Below are positions 1-7,628 of a stretch of DNA of 50,543 bases, in pieces (positions within the stretch are counted from its first letter, which is position 1; the number at the start of each line of letters is the position of its first letter). The DNA comes from a virus. Position numbers and translations under genes: made by a program. The stretch lies in IMG/VR virus record IMGVR_UViG_3300010224_000016. One strand, written 5' to 3'. Below the pieces are notes generated by a model that was not told where the DNA came from, did not search any database, and worked only from the letters and a program-made list of their open reading frames with translations.

Positions 1-93
1 GCCGGTGCTGCCGGTGCTGCCGGTGCTGCCGGTGCTGCCGGTGCTGCCGGTGCTGCCGGTGCTGCCGGTGCTGCCGGTGCTGCCGGTGCTGCC
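1..93. repeat. Tandem 9-nt repeat (GCCGGTGCT) x10 plus GCC. Identical to 50451..50543. Encodes (Ala-Ala-Pro)n on the minus strand.
   Basis: Ten perfect 9-nt units were read directly. The same 93 nt end the window. The unit length is a multiple of 3 and stays in frame with the flanking minus-strand ORF. Confidence 0.95.
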
Positions 94-842
94 AATGGCG
101 TGAACGCTTGTGCCTGGGCGGGTTGCTGCTGGCGCAGTTCCGCGACGACCTGATTGTAGAAGACGTCGCCCGTACCCTTCTTCTTCGTCCACGTGCCGTC
201 AGCCTTCAGGGTCCGGCCGCCCGAGTGAATGCGGGCGTCCCACGGCAGGCCGGTCGAGTCAACGGCCGGGGGCGTCGCAGCGCCAGTTTGCGCCTGCGCA
301 TCCGTACTTGCAGGCGCGGCTGGCGCTGCAGGCGGAATAGATGCGGTTGGTGGGGCGGAAATGGCCGGGGACGAACCAGACGCACCGGCCGGCTGGACGT
401 TTGGGGAATTGTCCAGGACTGGATGTTCGACGGTCATCATGTTGTTTTCGATCAGCAGTTCGTCGGTCCAGCCCTGGGCGTGATATTCCTCACGGGAGAA
501 GCCTTGCGCGGCCGGCGTCATCGTGTAGATGGGGTCAGCTTTGATCGCGACAGCGGGCGAATTGATGTTGATTGCGCCACCGCCACCGACAGGGAATTCC
601 ACCTGCGATGACGAGCCGCCGCCGGCCTGCACGCTGACCGAACCGAACACCTGGGCGGCGGTGTTGGTCGTCACGATGGGCGTTTCCTTGCCGACGTCCG
701 GCGCGTCGTTGCCGATCATGCTGAGATATTGCGCACCGTTCATTTCGAGACGGTCGGCGCTTTCTTCGGTCATGTTGGCCAGTTCCAGGAACGCATTTGC
801 GAGAACGCGGAAGATGGTGCGAATTTGTTTGGAGTACATCAT
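1..842 (-). CDS. N-terminal part of the junction-spanning hypothetical protein, first gene of the replication cassette. It continues at 50543..50285.
   Basis: I translated the reverse complement by hand from ATG 842 (AAGGA SD 5 nt upstream). It reads MMYSKQIRTIFRVLANAFLELANMTEESADRLEMNGAQYLS...ADPIYTMTPAAQGFSREEYHAQGWTDELLIENNMMTV...GLPWDARIHSGGRTLKADGTWTKKKG...QAFTPL(AAP)n with no stop down to base 1. The ORF track missed it because it runs off the window edge. Confidence 0.8.
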   Translation of the reverse strand, partial: MMYSKQIRTIFRVLANAFLELANMTEESADRLEMNGAQYLSMIGNDAPDVGKETPIVTTNTAAQVFGSVSVQAGGGSSSQVEFPVGGGGAININSPAVAIKADPIYTMTPAAQGFSREEYHAQGWTDELLIENNMMTVEHPVLDNSPNVQPAGASGSSPAISAPPTASIPPAAPAAPASTDAQAQTGAATPPAVDSTGLPWDARIHSGGRTLKADGTWTKKKGTGDVFYNQVVAELRQQQPAQAQAFTPLAAPAAPAAPAAPAAPAAPAAPAAPAAPAAP

Positions 843-872
843 TTATCCTTCGTTTTGGGTTGCGGAGATTGA

Positions 873-903
873 ACAATAGCGGCATACTAACAGGACTGTC
901 AAC
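873..903 (-). promoter_or_regulatory. Promoter-like element, copy 4 of the GTTGACA-N4-WGTTAGTA family, facing the gene that starts at 842
   Basis: The minus strand reads G-TTGACA-GTCC-TGTTAGTA-TGCCG-C-TATTGT. The -35 is TTGACA and TATTGT follows at 18 nt. It lies in the 77-bp divergent gap between the starts at 842(-) and 920(+). Confidence 0.45.
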
Positions 904-919
904 AAGAATTTTTCCTCAG

Positions 920-2587
920 ATGAACATCAAACCGATGACCGTCCAACTACGACCGTATCAACAACAACTGAAGGGCGATATCGTCAACGAATGGTTGAAG
1001 GGCTTGCCGTTCGTGCTCGCCGTGTCGGCCACGGGTTCCGGCAAGACGGTCCTGTTCTCGTCGATCATTGCGGACGAATCCGGCCCCGTGTGCGCCGTCG
1101 CCCACCGGCACGAACTTGTTGCGCAAATGTCGATGGCGTTGGCGCGCAATGGTATCAGACATCGCGTTATCGGTTCGGATGCACTGGCGAGCGAATGCCG
1201 CGCGTCGCACCTGGACGAACTGGGCGTGAATTACGTCGACCCGAACAGCCGCGTTGCCGTGGCCAGCGTCGACACGCTGATCCTCAAGAGCGATCCGGCT
1301 TTCGAAGCGTGGCGCATGAGCGTCAAGTTGTGGGTCATCGACGAAGCGCACCATATCCTGAAGCATAACAAGTGGGGCAAGGCGGTCCAGCTATTCCCGA
1401 ACGCTCGCGGCCTGGGCGTGACGGCCGAGACCGAACGCGCGGACGGCTACGGCCTGGGCGACCAGAATGACGGCGTGTTCCATTCGATCGTCATCGCGCC
1501 GACCATGCGCGACATCATCAACATGGGGTTCCTCACGGATTACCGCGTGTTCGCACCGCCGTCCGACCTGAACCTGAAAGACATCCCGCTCGGCGCTGAC
1601 GGCGACTTCAGCCCGAAGAAACTCGCGAAGGCGACTAAGGCGTCGCACATCACCGGGGACGTGGTCAAACACTATCTCAAGCTGGCAAAAGGCAAGTTGG
1701 GGATTACGTTCGCCGTTGACATCGAAGCGGCCGAAGAGATCGCCGCAGGATATCGCGCGGCCGGCGTGCCCGCCGAGATCGTGACCGGCAAGACAAACGC
1801 AGCAGTTCGCCGCAACATCCTTAAACGGTTCCGCAACCGCGAAATCCTGCAACTGGTGAACGTCGACCTGTTCGGCGAGGGCTTCGACCTTCCCGCGATT
1901 GAAGTTGTGTCCATGGCGCGCGCAACGAACTCGTTCAACCTGTTCAAACAACAAGCCGGCCGCGCGCTGCGTCTCATGCCGGGGAAAGACTGGGCGATCA
2001 TCATCGACCACGTCGGCAACTTCCTGCGTCACGGTCCCCCGGACCAACCTCGCGACTTCACCCTGGGTCGCCCGGTGCCGAAGTCCAAACGCGAGCCCGA
2101 CGAAAATATCATCCCGCAGCGTGTGTGCGTCGAATGCACGGTTCCTTACGAACGCATCTATGCATCGTGCCCGGCATGCGGTCACGCTGTAGTCCCGCCG
2201 CAGCGCAACGCGCCTGAATTCGTTGACGGCGACCTCGTCGAACTGACGCAGGAAGTCTTGCGCAAGATGCGCGGTGAAGCCGCAGCAGCGGTCAATACGG
2301 GGTTCGTCCCAACGCCGATGAACGCGAGCCCCGTCGTCGTGAACTCTATCCGCAAAAATCATTTCGCCCGCGCCGCAGCACAAGGCCCGTTGCGGGACAC
2401 GCTGGCGTTGTGGGCGGGCTGGCAAAAGAACTTGAAGGGTCGCACCGACAGCGAAATCTACAGGCTATTTTTCCTCACTTACGGCATGGACATGCTCACC
2501 GCTCAAACCCTGGGGGCGGCGGACGCCGATGCTCTACGCATGAAGCTGCAAGCCAAGCTCGATAAGCATGGCATTGTGCCCCATTGA
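920..2587 (+). CDS. SF2 DEAD/DEAH-type helicase (Res-subunit-like) with a C-terminal zinc ribbon
   Basis: ORF 797..2587 trimmed to the first ATG. Walker A is SATGSGKT and motif II is VIDEAHH. Helicase-C motifs are FGEGFDLP and QQAGRALR. The Cys4 ribbon is CVECT..CPACGH. Confidence 0.9.
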   Translation: MNIKPMTVQLRPYQQQLKGDIVNEWLKGLPFVLAVSATGSGKTVLFSSIIADESGPVCAVAHRHELVAQMSMALARNGIRHRVIGSDALASECRASHLDELGVNYVDPNSRVAVASVDTLILKSDPAFEAWRMSVKLWVIDEAHHILKHNKWGKAVQLFPNARGLGVTAETERADGYGLGDQNDGVFHSIVIAPTMRDIINMGFLTDYRVFAPPSDLNLKDIPLGADGDFSPKKLAKATKASHITGDVVKHYLKLAKGKLGITFAVDIEAAEEIAAGYRAAGVPAEIVTGKTNAAVRRNILKRFRNREILQLVNVDLFGEGFDLPAIEVVSMARATNSFNLFKQQAGRALRLMPGKDWAIIIDHVGNFLRHGPPDQPRDFTLGRPVPKSKREPDENIIPQRVCVECTVPYERIYASCPACGHAVVPPQRNAPEFVDGDLVELTQEVLRKMRGEAAAAVNTGFVPTPMNASPVVVNSIRKNHFARAAAQGPLRDTLALWAGWQKNLKGRTDSEIYRLFFLTYGMDMLTAQTLGAADADALRMKLQAKLDKHGIVPH

Positions 2588-2595
2588 CATTCGCT

Positions 2596-2625
2596 GTTGA
2601 CAATTCAGTTAGTAGCATGCAAAAT
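2596..2625 (+). promoter_or_regulatory. Promoter-like element, copy 1 of the GTTGACA-N4-AGTTAGTA family
   Basis: G-TTGACA(2597..2602)-ATTC-AGTTAGTA-GCATG-CAAAAT(2620..2625) with a 17-nt spacer. It lies 10 nt after the helicase stop and 33 nt before ATG 2658. Confidence 0.5.
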
Positions 2626-2657
2626 GGCTCCAATTATTCACCCACGGAGCCTAAAAA

Positions 2658-3296
2658 ATGCATCTCACGCTTGATACTTGCACGTCCGCCCTGACCGCCG
2701 CCGCGATCAATCACAAGGCTGCTATTCAACTTGAATTGGCGGTTGGGCTGGCGGTATTCCACCTGTACAAAGGTACGAACAAGGACGCCCGAAAGATGCT
2801 CGTCCAGGCGTACGCGCTCGCCGGCTGGCAGTGTCAGAAGTTCGCGGACCCTGACTACAAGACGGTGAACCGCCGAATCAACGCGACGGCGTCCCTGTAC
2901 GAAAAGGTTCCCGTTGCGAAGTGGGTCGGCCATCTGGAAGAAATGGACATCATCCAGGCGATTTGCGAAGGTCTGGAACCGTACCAGCTTTACACGATCC
3001 AGGACGTTTTACGATACGCCGCCCCGCACCGCGTACAGGACAAGAAATTCGCCGTCGCGCCCGCTCACGATCTGCTGTCGGGTCCGGCCGCGAACAATCA
3101 CACGGGGCAGGACCGTATCATGCAGCAGTTCCGCCGAGCGTCGGACCATATCGACGAAGGCGCCCGCGTGCTCGCAACTGATCATATTTCGCTTGTCATT
3201 CCAAAGGAAACGACGCGTGCCGAAGTGCTGGACCTCGCACGCCAACTGTTGTTGTTGGCTGACGAGAACAAAGAAGAAAAGTTGTTGACAGTCTAG
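2658..3296 (+). CDS. Hypothetical protein
   Basis: Intact 212-codon ORF with ACGGAG 9 nt upstream of the ATG. No domain recognised. Confidence 0.7.
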   Translation: MHLTLDTCTSALTAAAINHKAAIQLELAVGLAVFHLYKGTNKDARKMLVQAYALAGWQCQKFADPDYKTVNRRINATASLYEKVPVAKWVGHLEEMDIIQAICEGLEPYQLYTIQDVLRYAAPHRVQDKKFAVAPAHDLLSGPAANNHTGQDRIMQQFRRASDHIDEGARVLATDHISLVIPKETTRAEVLDLARQLLLLADENKEEKLLTV

Positions 3297-3313
3297 TTAG
3301 TAAGACATATCCT
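3284..3313 (+). promoter_or_regulatory. Promoter-like element, copy 2 of the GTTGACA-N4-AGTTAGTA family
   Basis: G-TTGACA(3285..3290)-GTCT-AGTTAGTA-AGACA-TATCCT(3308..3313) with a 17-nt spacer. It overlaps the TAG stop (3294..3296) of the preceding gene. Confidence 0.5.
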
Positions 3314-3347
3314 ACATGGACCATCTTTTCTTGTGGGATATTAAAAA

Positions 3348-3677
3348 ATGTCAACAACTCTGATTGAGGCAAGGACAGCGTTGCTCAAGCTGTCCAGCCA
3401 ATTCCCCGCACCTTCAACGTATGCCGATCTGCTGGCGACCATTTCGGACTACTTCGACAACCAAGTACCGTTGAGCGTCGAAAACCGCAACCTGACGCAA
3501 CGCGTCGCGGTGCTTGAAGCGACAATCGAGCAGGTCCGCAAAACCCTTCCCGAAGACCCCTCAGTCGTCACATTGCCGCCGCCAAAGACCGGCATGCGTC
3601 GCGGGATCGACTGTACGGCCTGGATGGGCGTCGGTCGGTGCTCGTGCCCGGCGTGCATGGTGGCGCAACATGCATAG
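3348..3677 (+). CDS. Hypothetical protein with a C-terminal Cys cluster
   Basis: 109-codon ORF. The C-terminus reads CTAWMGVGRCSCPAC. It overlaps the next start by 8 nt. Confidence 0.65.
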   Translation: MSTTLIEARTALLKLSSQFPAPSTYADLLATISDYFDNQVPLSVENRNLTQRVAVLEATIEQVRKTLPEDPSVVTLPPPKTGMRRGIDCTAWMGVGRCSCPACMVAQHA

Positions 3678-4149
3678 CATCGTCCACCAATGGGCGACCG
3701 ACTGGGGCGTCCCTCAGCATGCGGCAGTCGACCTGATGTGCCGTCTAGGCCTGGGATTCGAACCTACTACGTTTGTCGAGTTGGAAGGATGGTCCGAAAG
3801 CGCGATCCAATCCAAGGTCCGGCTTGACGCCGCCAAAGCTGGCATTCTCCCGTGGCGTAACAACGTCGGCGCGCTCCAGGACGACACCGGCCGCGTGGTC
3901 CGCTATGGTCTGTGCAACGACACGGAGCAACTGAACGAAAGCGTCAAGTCGTCGGACCTTATCGGCATCAACCCCGTGTTGATCAAGCCGGAACACGTGG
4001 GGACGATCATCGGCCAGTTTTGGGCGCGCGAGGTCAAGGAATACGGTTGGAAGTACACCGGCACCGCGCACGAGGTTGCACAAGCGAAGTTCGGTCAAAT
4101 CGTGCTGTCCAAAGGCGGCGATTTCAAATTTACCTGTGGGAGTATTTAA
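3670..4149 (+). CDS. VRR-NUC domain nuclease (PD-(D/E)XK fold)
   Basis: ORF 3514..4149 trimmed to the ATG at 3670. The pattern SESAIQSKV..WRNNVGA..VRYGL..SSDLIG..GQFWAREVK matches the VRR-NUC signature (D...E-V-K). Confidence 0.8.
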   Translation: MHSIVHQWATDWGVPQHAAVDLMCRLGLGFEPTTFVELEGWSESAIQSKVRLDAAKAGILPWRNNVGALQDDTGRVVRYGLCNDTEQLNESVKSSDLIGINPVLIKPEHVGTIIGQFWAREVKEYGWKYTGTAHEVAQAKFGQIVLSKGGDFKFTCGSI

Positions 4150-4739
4150 TGGAAGCACCAAAAATCAATTTCATGGTCTGCGAATCCGAAGCGCCGAATA
4201 CGGTCGGCCCGCTCGGGCTGGAAGTCGGGCAAACGTGGCGCATGTACAGCGGCGACCTCGTGACGATCACTCGATACAGCAAGTCGGAGGATCGTTTCTA
4301 CCTGGGGTTTGCCGAGACCGTGGGCGTCCCATTCCGGGCCAGCGTCGACCCGAGCGGCCGGACCAAGTTGCAGTCGTGCCGTGACTACGATCTGAAAGAG
4401 CGTGTCCAACGAATCTACATCGCTGGCCCGATGACCGGACACGCTGACCTTAACTTCCCGGCGTTTCACGCTGCAGCGGCCGCGTACCGCAAGAAGGGTG
4501 CGTTCGTGATCAACCCTGCCGAGATCAATAGCGCCGAGGTTCAGACCGCCATGTCGGCCAAACTGACCCCCGAGCAGTATCACGCGCACTGGGTCCGCTG
4601 CACGAAGAAGGACATCAACGCCCTGATGACGTGCGACGGTATCGTCATGTTGCCCGGCTGGCAGAAGTCGCGCGGCGCAAAGCTGGAACACCATATTGCC
4701 CGCAACCTGGGCCTGACCATCACCTATCGCGAGGTGTAA
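4149..4739 (+). CDS. DUF4406 / nucleoside 2-deoxyribosyltransferase-like protein with an unrecognised ~85-aa N-terminal extension
   Basis: ATG 4149 overlaps the previous TAA (TAATG). The C-terminal half reads IYIAGPMTG..NFPAF..VINPAE..CDGIVMLPGWQKSRGAKLEHHIA, which fits the DUF4406 pattern. Confidence 0.75.
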   Translation: MEAPKINFMVCESEAPNTVGPLGLEVGQTWRMYSGDLVTITRYSKSEDRFYLGFAETVGVPFRASVDPSGRTKLQSCRDYDLKERVQRIYIAGPMTGHADLNFPAFHAAAAAYRKKGAFVINPAEINSAEVQTAMSAKLTPEQYHAHWVRCTKKDINALMTCDGIVMLPGWQKSRGAKLEHHIARNLGLTITYREV

Positions 4740-4741
4740 GC

Positions 4742-5107
4742 ATGCCTCGTAAATTGATTGAGCCTGACTACTGGCGAATCCCCAAGGACCGTGTAAAGCT
4801 GCTCCGCGCCGATTCCGTCACGGGTCCAGGTGGGACTAAGATTTACTTCAGTGAATTCCCGATCATAAAGTACACGCCTAGCGGTGCATGGATAAGCGAA
4901 TGGGGGCGCGAGCGCTTTGTAAATCTTCGCGCGGTAAAACAGTTCGCATCAACAACCAAAGAATACGCACTCGACCAACTGCGACATCGAAAGTGCAGAC
5001 AGATACAAATCATTGAGTACCAATTGATGAACGCAAAAGTTACCCTTGAACTGCTGGCATCCGGCAAGCTTGAAACCCCTTATTACTCAGACGTGGAGTT
5101 TTATTAA
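4742..5107 (+). CDS. Hypothetical protein in a low-GC patch
   Basis: ORF 4631..5107 trimmed to ATG 4742. It is visibly more AT-rich than its neighbours. No domain recognised. Confidence 0.6.
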   Translation: MPRKLIEPDYWRIPKDRVKLLRADSVTGPGGTKIYFSEFPIIKYTPSGAWISEWGRERFVNLRAVKQFASTTKEYALDQLRHRKCRQIQIIEYQLMNAKVTLELLASGKLETPYYSDVEFY

Positions 5108-5108
5108 A

Positions 5109-6329
5109 ATGTACCCATCGATCAAAGCCGCAGCAGAAGACAAAGGCAACGACGCCGTCAGCAAGTCGACCCCGACGTTCCTGATCGACCCGCGCGTCGT
5201 CAAGGTGATTCCCGGCTTTAACTGCCGCCCTATCGACCCCGAACATGTTGCGCGCATGAAGGCGCTGCGCAAGGCAGGCGTAGATACTGCCGAATACACC
5301 GTGCAGATGATCAACGGTGATATCTGCATCATCGACGGCCATCACCGCCACGCTGCCGACATGGAACTGATTGCCGAGGGTGAGCCGATCTTGCGCGTCA
5401 AGGCGAAAGAGTTCAAGGGCGACGAGAAGGCCGCAATCCTCTATATGCTCGGCACGCAGTCCGGCAAGGGTAACACCCCGCTCCAGGTGGGCGAACAGTA
5501 CGCCAAGTTGGTGAACCGCTTTGGCATGTCGTACGACGAGATCGCCGAGCAACGCGGCATGAGCGCGCAGCACGTCAAGGACGCGATCCGCCTCACCGAG
5601 CAGCCCGTCGAACTGAAGACGGCCATCAACGAAGGCGTGATCACGTCGTCGACGGCGCTTAAGTTGGTCAAGCAAAAGGGTTCGACCGAAGCGATCGAGA
5701 CGATCAAGCGCGCCGCAGCGCAACCGGGCGTCAAGGTCGGGAAGCCGATCACGCAAAAGGTTATCGACAACCTGGGCGCATCGTTCGTTGGCGAATCCGC
5801 GCAGCAAAAGGGCGCGTGCATCAAACACCTGACTGCGATGATCGAGTCGCCCGGCTTCGACGTGCAAAGCAAAGCCGTCCTACGCCGCGTGCTGGACCTC
5901 GTCGAAGGTAAGACGCTCGCCATCCCGCGCGAGAAGGCGGCGGACAAAGCAGCCGTCGAAGTGTTCCTCGCCGAGAACCGCGACCACAAGAACAACGGCG
6001 TCAGCGTGGCGGCGCATCTGCTGTCCGACGTGCTCGCAAAGCGCCCCGTGCCGGACGAGGGAAGCCCTGGCGCGCGTGCGTACGGCCATCACGTGTGGTT
6101 GCAGGACATGGCAGCCAACAGCCCCAAGACTCCATTCCGCGCCGCTGCGCACTGGTTCCTTGCCGTGCTGAACGCCGATCGCACAGGGTCGGAGGTCGCG
6201 CCCGCCCCGTCAGTTCTGGACCCGGTAGCGGCGCTGGAAGCCGAGAGGGAAAGCGGCGGTCACGTGCTGGCCGAAACCCTGTGCCCGGAACACGCAGCGC
6301 TGATCACCTGGGCGCGAGGGCGGACGTGA
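5109..6329 (+). CDS. ParB/Srx N-terminal domain protein (ParB-like nuclease domain)
   Basis: ORF 5046..6329 trimmed to ATG 5109. It contains the IIDGHHRH motif, followed by the HTH-like stretch MSYDEIAEQRGMSAQHVKDAIRL. Confidence 0.8.
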   Translation: MYPSIKAAAEDKGNDAVSKSTPTFLIDPRVVKVIPGFNCRPIDPEHVARMKALRKAGVDTAEYTVQMINGDICIIDGHHRHAADMELIAEGEPILRVKAKEFKGDEKAAILYMLGTQSGKGNTPLQVGEQYAKLVNRFGMSYDEIAEQRGMSAQHVKDAIRLTEQPVELKTAINEGVITSSTALKLVKQKGSTEAIETIKRAAAQPGVKVGKPITQKVIDNLGASFVGESAQQKGACIKHLTAMIESPGFDVQSKAVLRRVLDLVEGKTLAIPREKAADKAAVEVFLAENRDHKNNGVSVAAHLLSDVLAKRPVPDEGSPGARAYGHHVWLQDMAANSPKTPFRAAAHWFLAVLNADRTGSEVAPAPSVLDPVAALEAERESGGHVLAETLCPEHAALITWARGRT

Positions 6330-7144
6330 CCGCGTACTATAACGAGTTCGACCCGTACGCGGCAGCGTGGATACGGAACCTCATTAACGCCGGGCTTATC
6401 GCACCCGGCGTCGTAGACGAAAGGAGTATCGAAGATGTCCGCCCTGATGATCTCGACGGGTTCACCCAATGCCATTTCTTCGCCGGGCTCGGCGGATGGT
6501 CTTATGCACTTCGCCTTGCCGGATGGTCAGATCATCGATCAGTATGGACGGCTTCATGCCCCTGCCAGCCTTACAGCGCGGCAGGCGAAGGCGGCGGGTT
6601 TGCTGACGAGCGGCACCTCTGGCCTCATTTTGAATGGCTCGTCCGAAACCAGAAGCGCCGCCCTAAACGAATCTTTGGTGAGCAGGTTGCAAGTAAATTT
6701 GCGGAACCTTGGGTCGACCTTGTACACACTGACCTGGAAGCCCTGGACTACGCCTTCGGGTGTGTCCCGTTCCCGTCTGCGAGCGTCGGTGCGCCGCACA
6801 TCAGAGACAGGTTGTATTGGATGGCCGACGCCGGCAGCATCGGACGAGAAGTGGCGCTACAGCACGGTGCAGGCAGCGGAACGCCGGATCGACTCGGGCA
6901 AGCAAGTGTCGTTGGAATGCGCGGCAATGCTGACGATGAACGAGCCGGCCCGACTAACGGTTTTTGGCGCGCTGCTGACTGGCTTGCGTGCCGGGATGGA
7001 AAGTGGCGGCCAGTTGAACCCGGCACATTCCCGTTGGTTAATGGGGCTCCCGCCAGAATGGGACGACTGCGCGCCTACGGCAACGCCATCAATGCGAAAC
7101 AAGCTGAAATCTTCATAAGAAGTGCGATGGGATGTTTACCGTGA
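6326..7144 (+). CDS. DNA (cytosine-5)-methyltransferase
   Basis: The GTG start at 6326 overlaps the upstream TGA (GTGA). Motif I is FFAGLGGWS, IV is SCPCQPYS, VI is FGEQV, VIII is GAPHIRDRLYW and X is YGNAI. Sampled GC3 over 6782..6838 is about 84 percent. Confidence 0.9.
   Translation: MTAYYNEFDPYAAAWIRNLINAGLIAPGVVDERSIEDVRPDDLDGFTQCHFFAGLGGWSYALRLAGWSDHRSVWTASCPCQPYSAAGEGGGFADERHLWPHFEWLVRNQKRRPKRIFGEQVASKFAEPWVDLVHTDLEALDYAFGCVPFPSASVGAPHIRDRLYWMADAGSIGREVALQHGAGSGTPDRLGQASVVGMRGNADDERAGPTNGFWRAADWLACRDGKWRPVEPGTFPLVNGAPARMGRLRAYGNAINAKQAEIFIRSAMGCLP
6421..6437 (+). promoter_or_regulatory. Internal Shine-Dalgarno (AAGGAG) plus ATG in the +1 frame of the C5 methyltransferase gene
   Basis: AAGGAG at 6421..6426, an 8-nt spacer, then ATG at 6435. 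In the methyltransferase frame it is built from GAA-AGG-AGT (E-R-S), which uses AGG and AGT codons that are unusual for this GC-rich genome. Confidence 0.5.
6435..7118 (+). CDS. Nested out-of-frame ORF (227 aa) inside the C5 methyltransferase gene, with a WPTP / LNPxxxxWLMGxPxxW type signature
   Basis: From the ORF track. It contains TLTWKPWTTPSG, RTSETGCIGWPTPAASD and LNPAHSRWLMGLPPEWDDCAPTATPS. It has its own canonical SD. Sampled GC3 is only about 53 percent, so it is either overprinted or a relic. Confidence 0.4.
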   Translation: MSALMISTGSPNAISSPGSADGLMHFALPDGQIIDQYGRLHAPASLTARQAKAAGLLTSGTSGLILNGSSETRSAALNESLVSRLQVNLRNLGSTLYTLTWKPWTTPSGVSRSRLRASVRRTSETGCIGWPTPAASDEKWRYSTVQAAERRIDSGKQVSLECAAMLTMNEPARLTVFGALLTGLRAGMESGGQLNPAHSRWLMGLPPEWDDCAPTATPSMRNKLKSS

Positions 7145-7587
7145 AAACTTGCACATCGTGCGCACAAGTGAAGCCTCTTTCGGAATTTAGCAGAGACCGT
7201 CGGCGTGGGCATGCCGCCCGCTGTAAAACTTGCAGAAAATACGAAGTGAACGAATGGCGAAGCGCCAATCGAGACGCCTACAATGCTTCGGAACGTCGCC
7301 GGTATGCGTCCAACAGGTTGAAATGGGAAAACCATTTACGCTACAAGTACGGGATTGATTCCACTACGTATTACGACATGCTCGCCGATCAATTAGGGGT
7401 TTGCGCAATCTGCAAAGTGGACCCATCTAAGATCGGAGAAACACTAGCGGTCGACCATGACCACAGTACGGGGGCGGTGCGGGGGCTATTGTGTTCGAAA
7501 TGCAATCGAATGCTTGGTTGTGCGAAAGATACCCCTGAAATCCTAGTTGCAGGCTCGGCGTATTTGGCTTCATCCAAACCGCAATGA
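7132..7587 (+). CDS. Recombination endonuclease VII family (HNH-like) nuclease
   Basis: GVCAICK..LAVDHDHSTGAVRGLLCSKCNRMLG is the Endo VII signature. There is also an N-terminal Cys4 (CTSC..CKTC). GC is lower than in the neighbouring genes. Confidence 0.85.
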   Translation: MFTVKTCTSCAQVKPLSEFSRDRRRGHAARCKTCRKYEVNEWRSANRDAYNASERRRYASNRLKWENHLRYKYGIDSTTYYDMLADQLGVCAICKVDPSKIGETLAVDHDHSTGAVRGLLCSKCNRMLGCAKDTPEILVAGSAYLASSKPQ

Positions 7588-7628
7588 GCGTGCTAGACTA
7601 ACCGAATAGTTACTAAAGGAAATACCAA

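Noticed and set aside
1-93. The terminal repeats as true direct terminal repeats or cos ends of the virion DNA.
   Set aside because: The 93-nt blocks consist entirely of an in-frame coding microsatellite that joins two halves of one ORF. This is the expected behaviour of an assembler circularising through a repeat, not a packaging terminus.
6095-6325. The upstream extension of the C5 methyltransferase ORF (track start at 6095).
   Set aside because: It overlaps the ParB-like gene out of frame and encodes Arg/Gly/Ser-rich sequence. Methyltransferase similarity begins at YYNEFDPYAAAW, right after the GTG at 6326, which overlaps the ParB-like stop.
7590-7628. A possible fifth copy of the AGTTAGTA promoter family upstream of the TetR-like gene (TAGACT-AACCGAAT-AGTTACTA).
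   Set aside because: - The -35 matches only 4 of 6 positions.
- The 8-mer has a mismatch.
- The 8-mer lies 8 nt rather than 4 nt from the hexamer, which would put it over the -10 position.
- This is not the same architecture.
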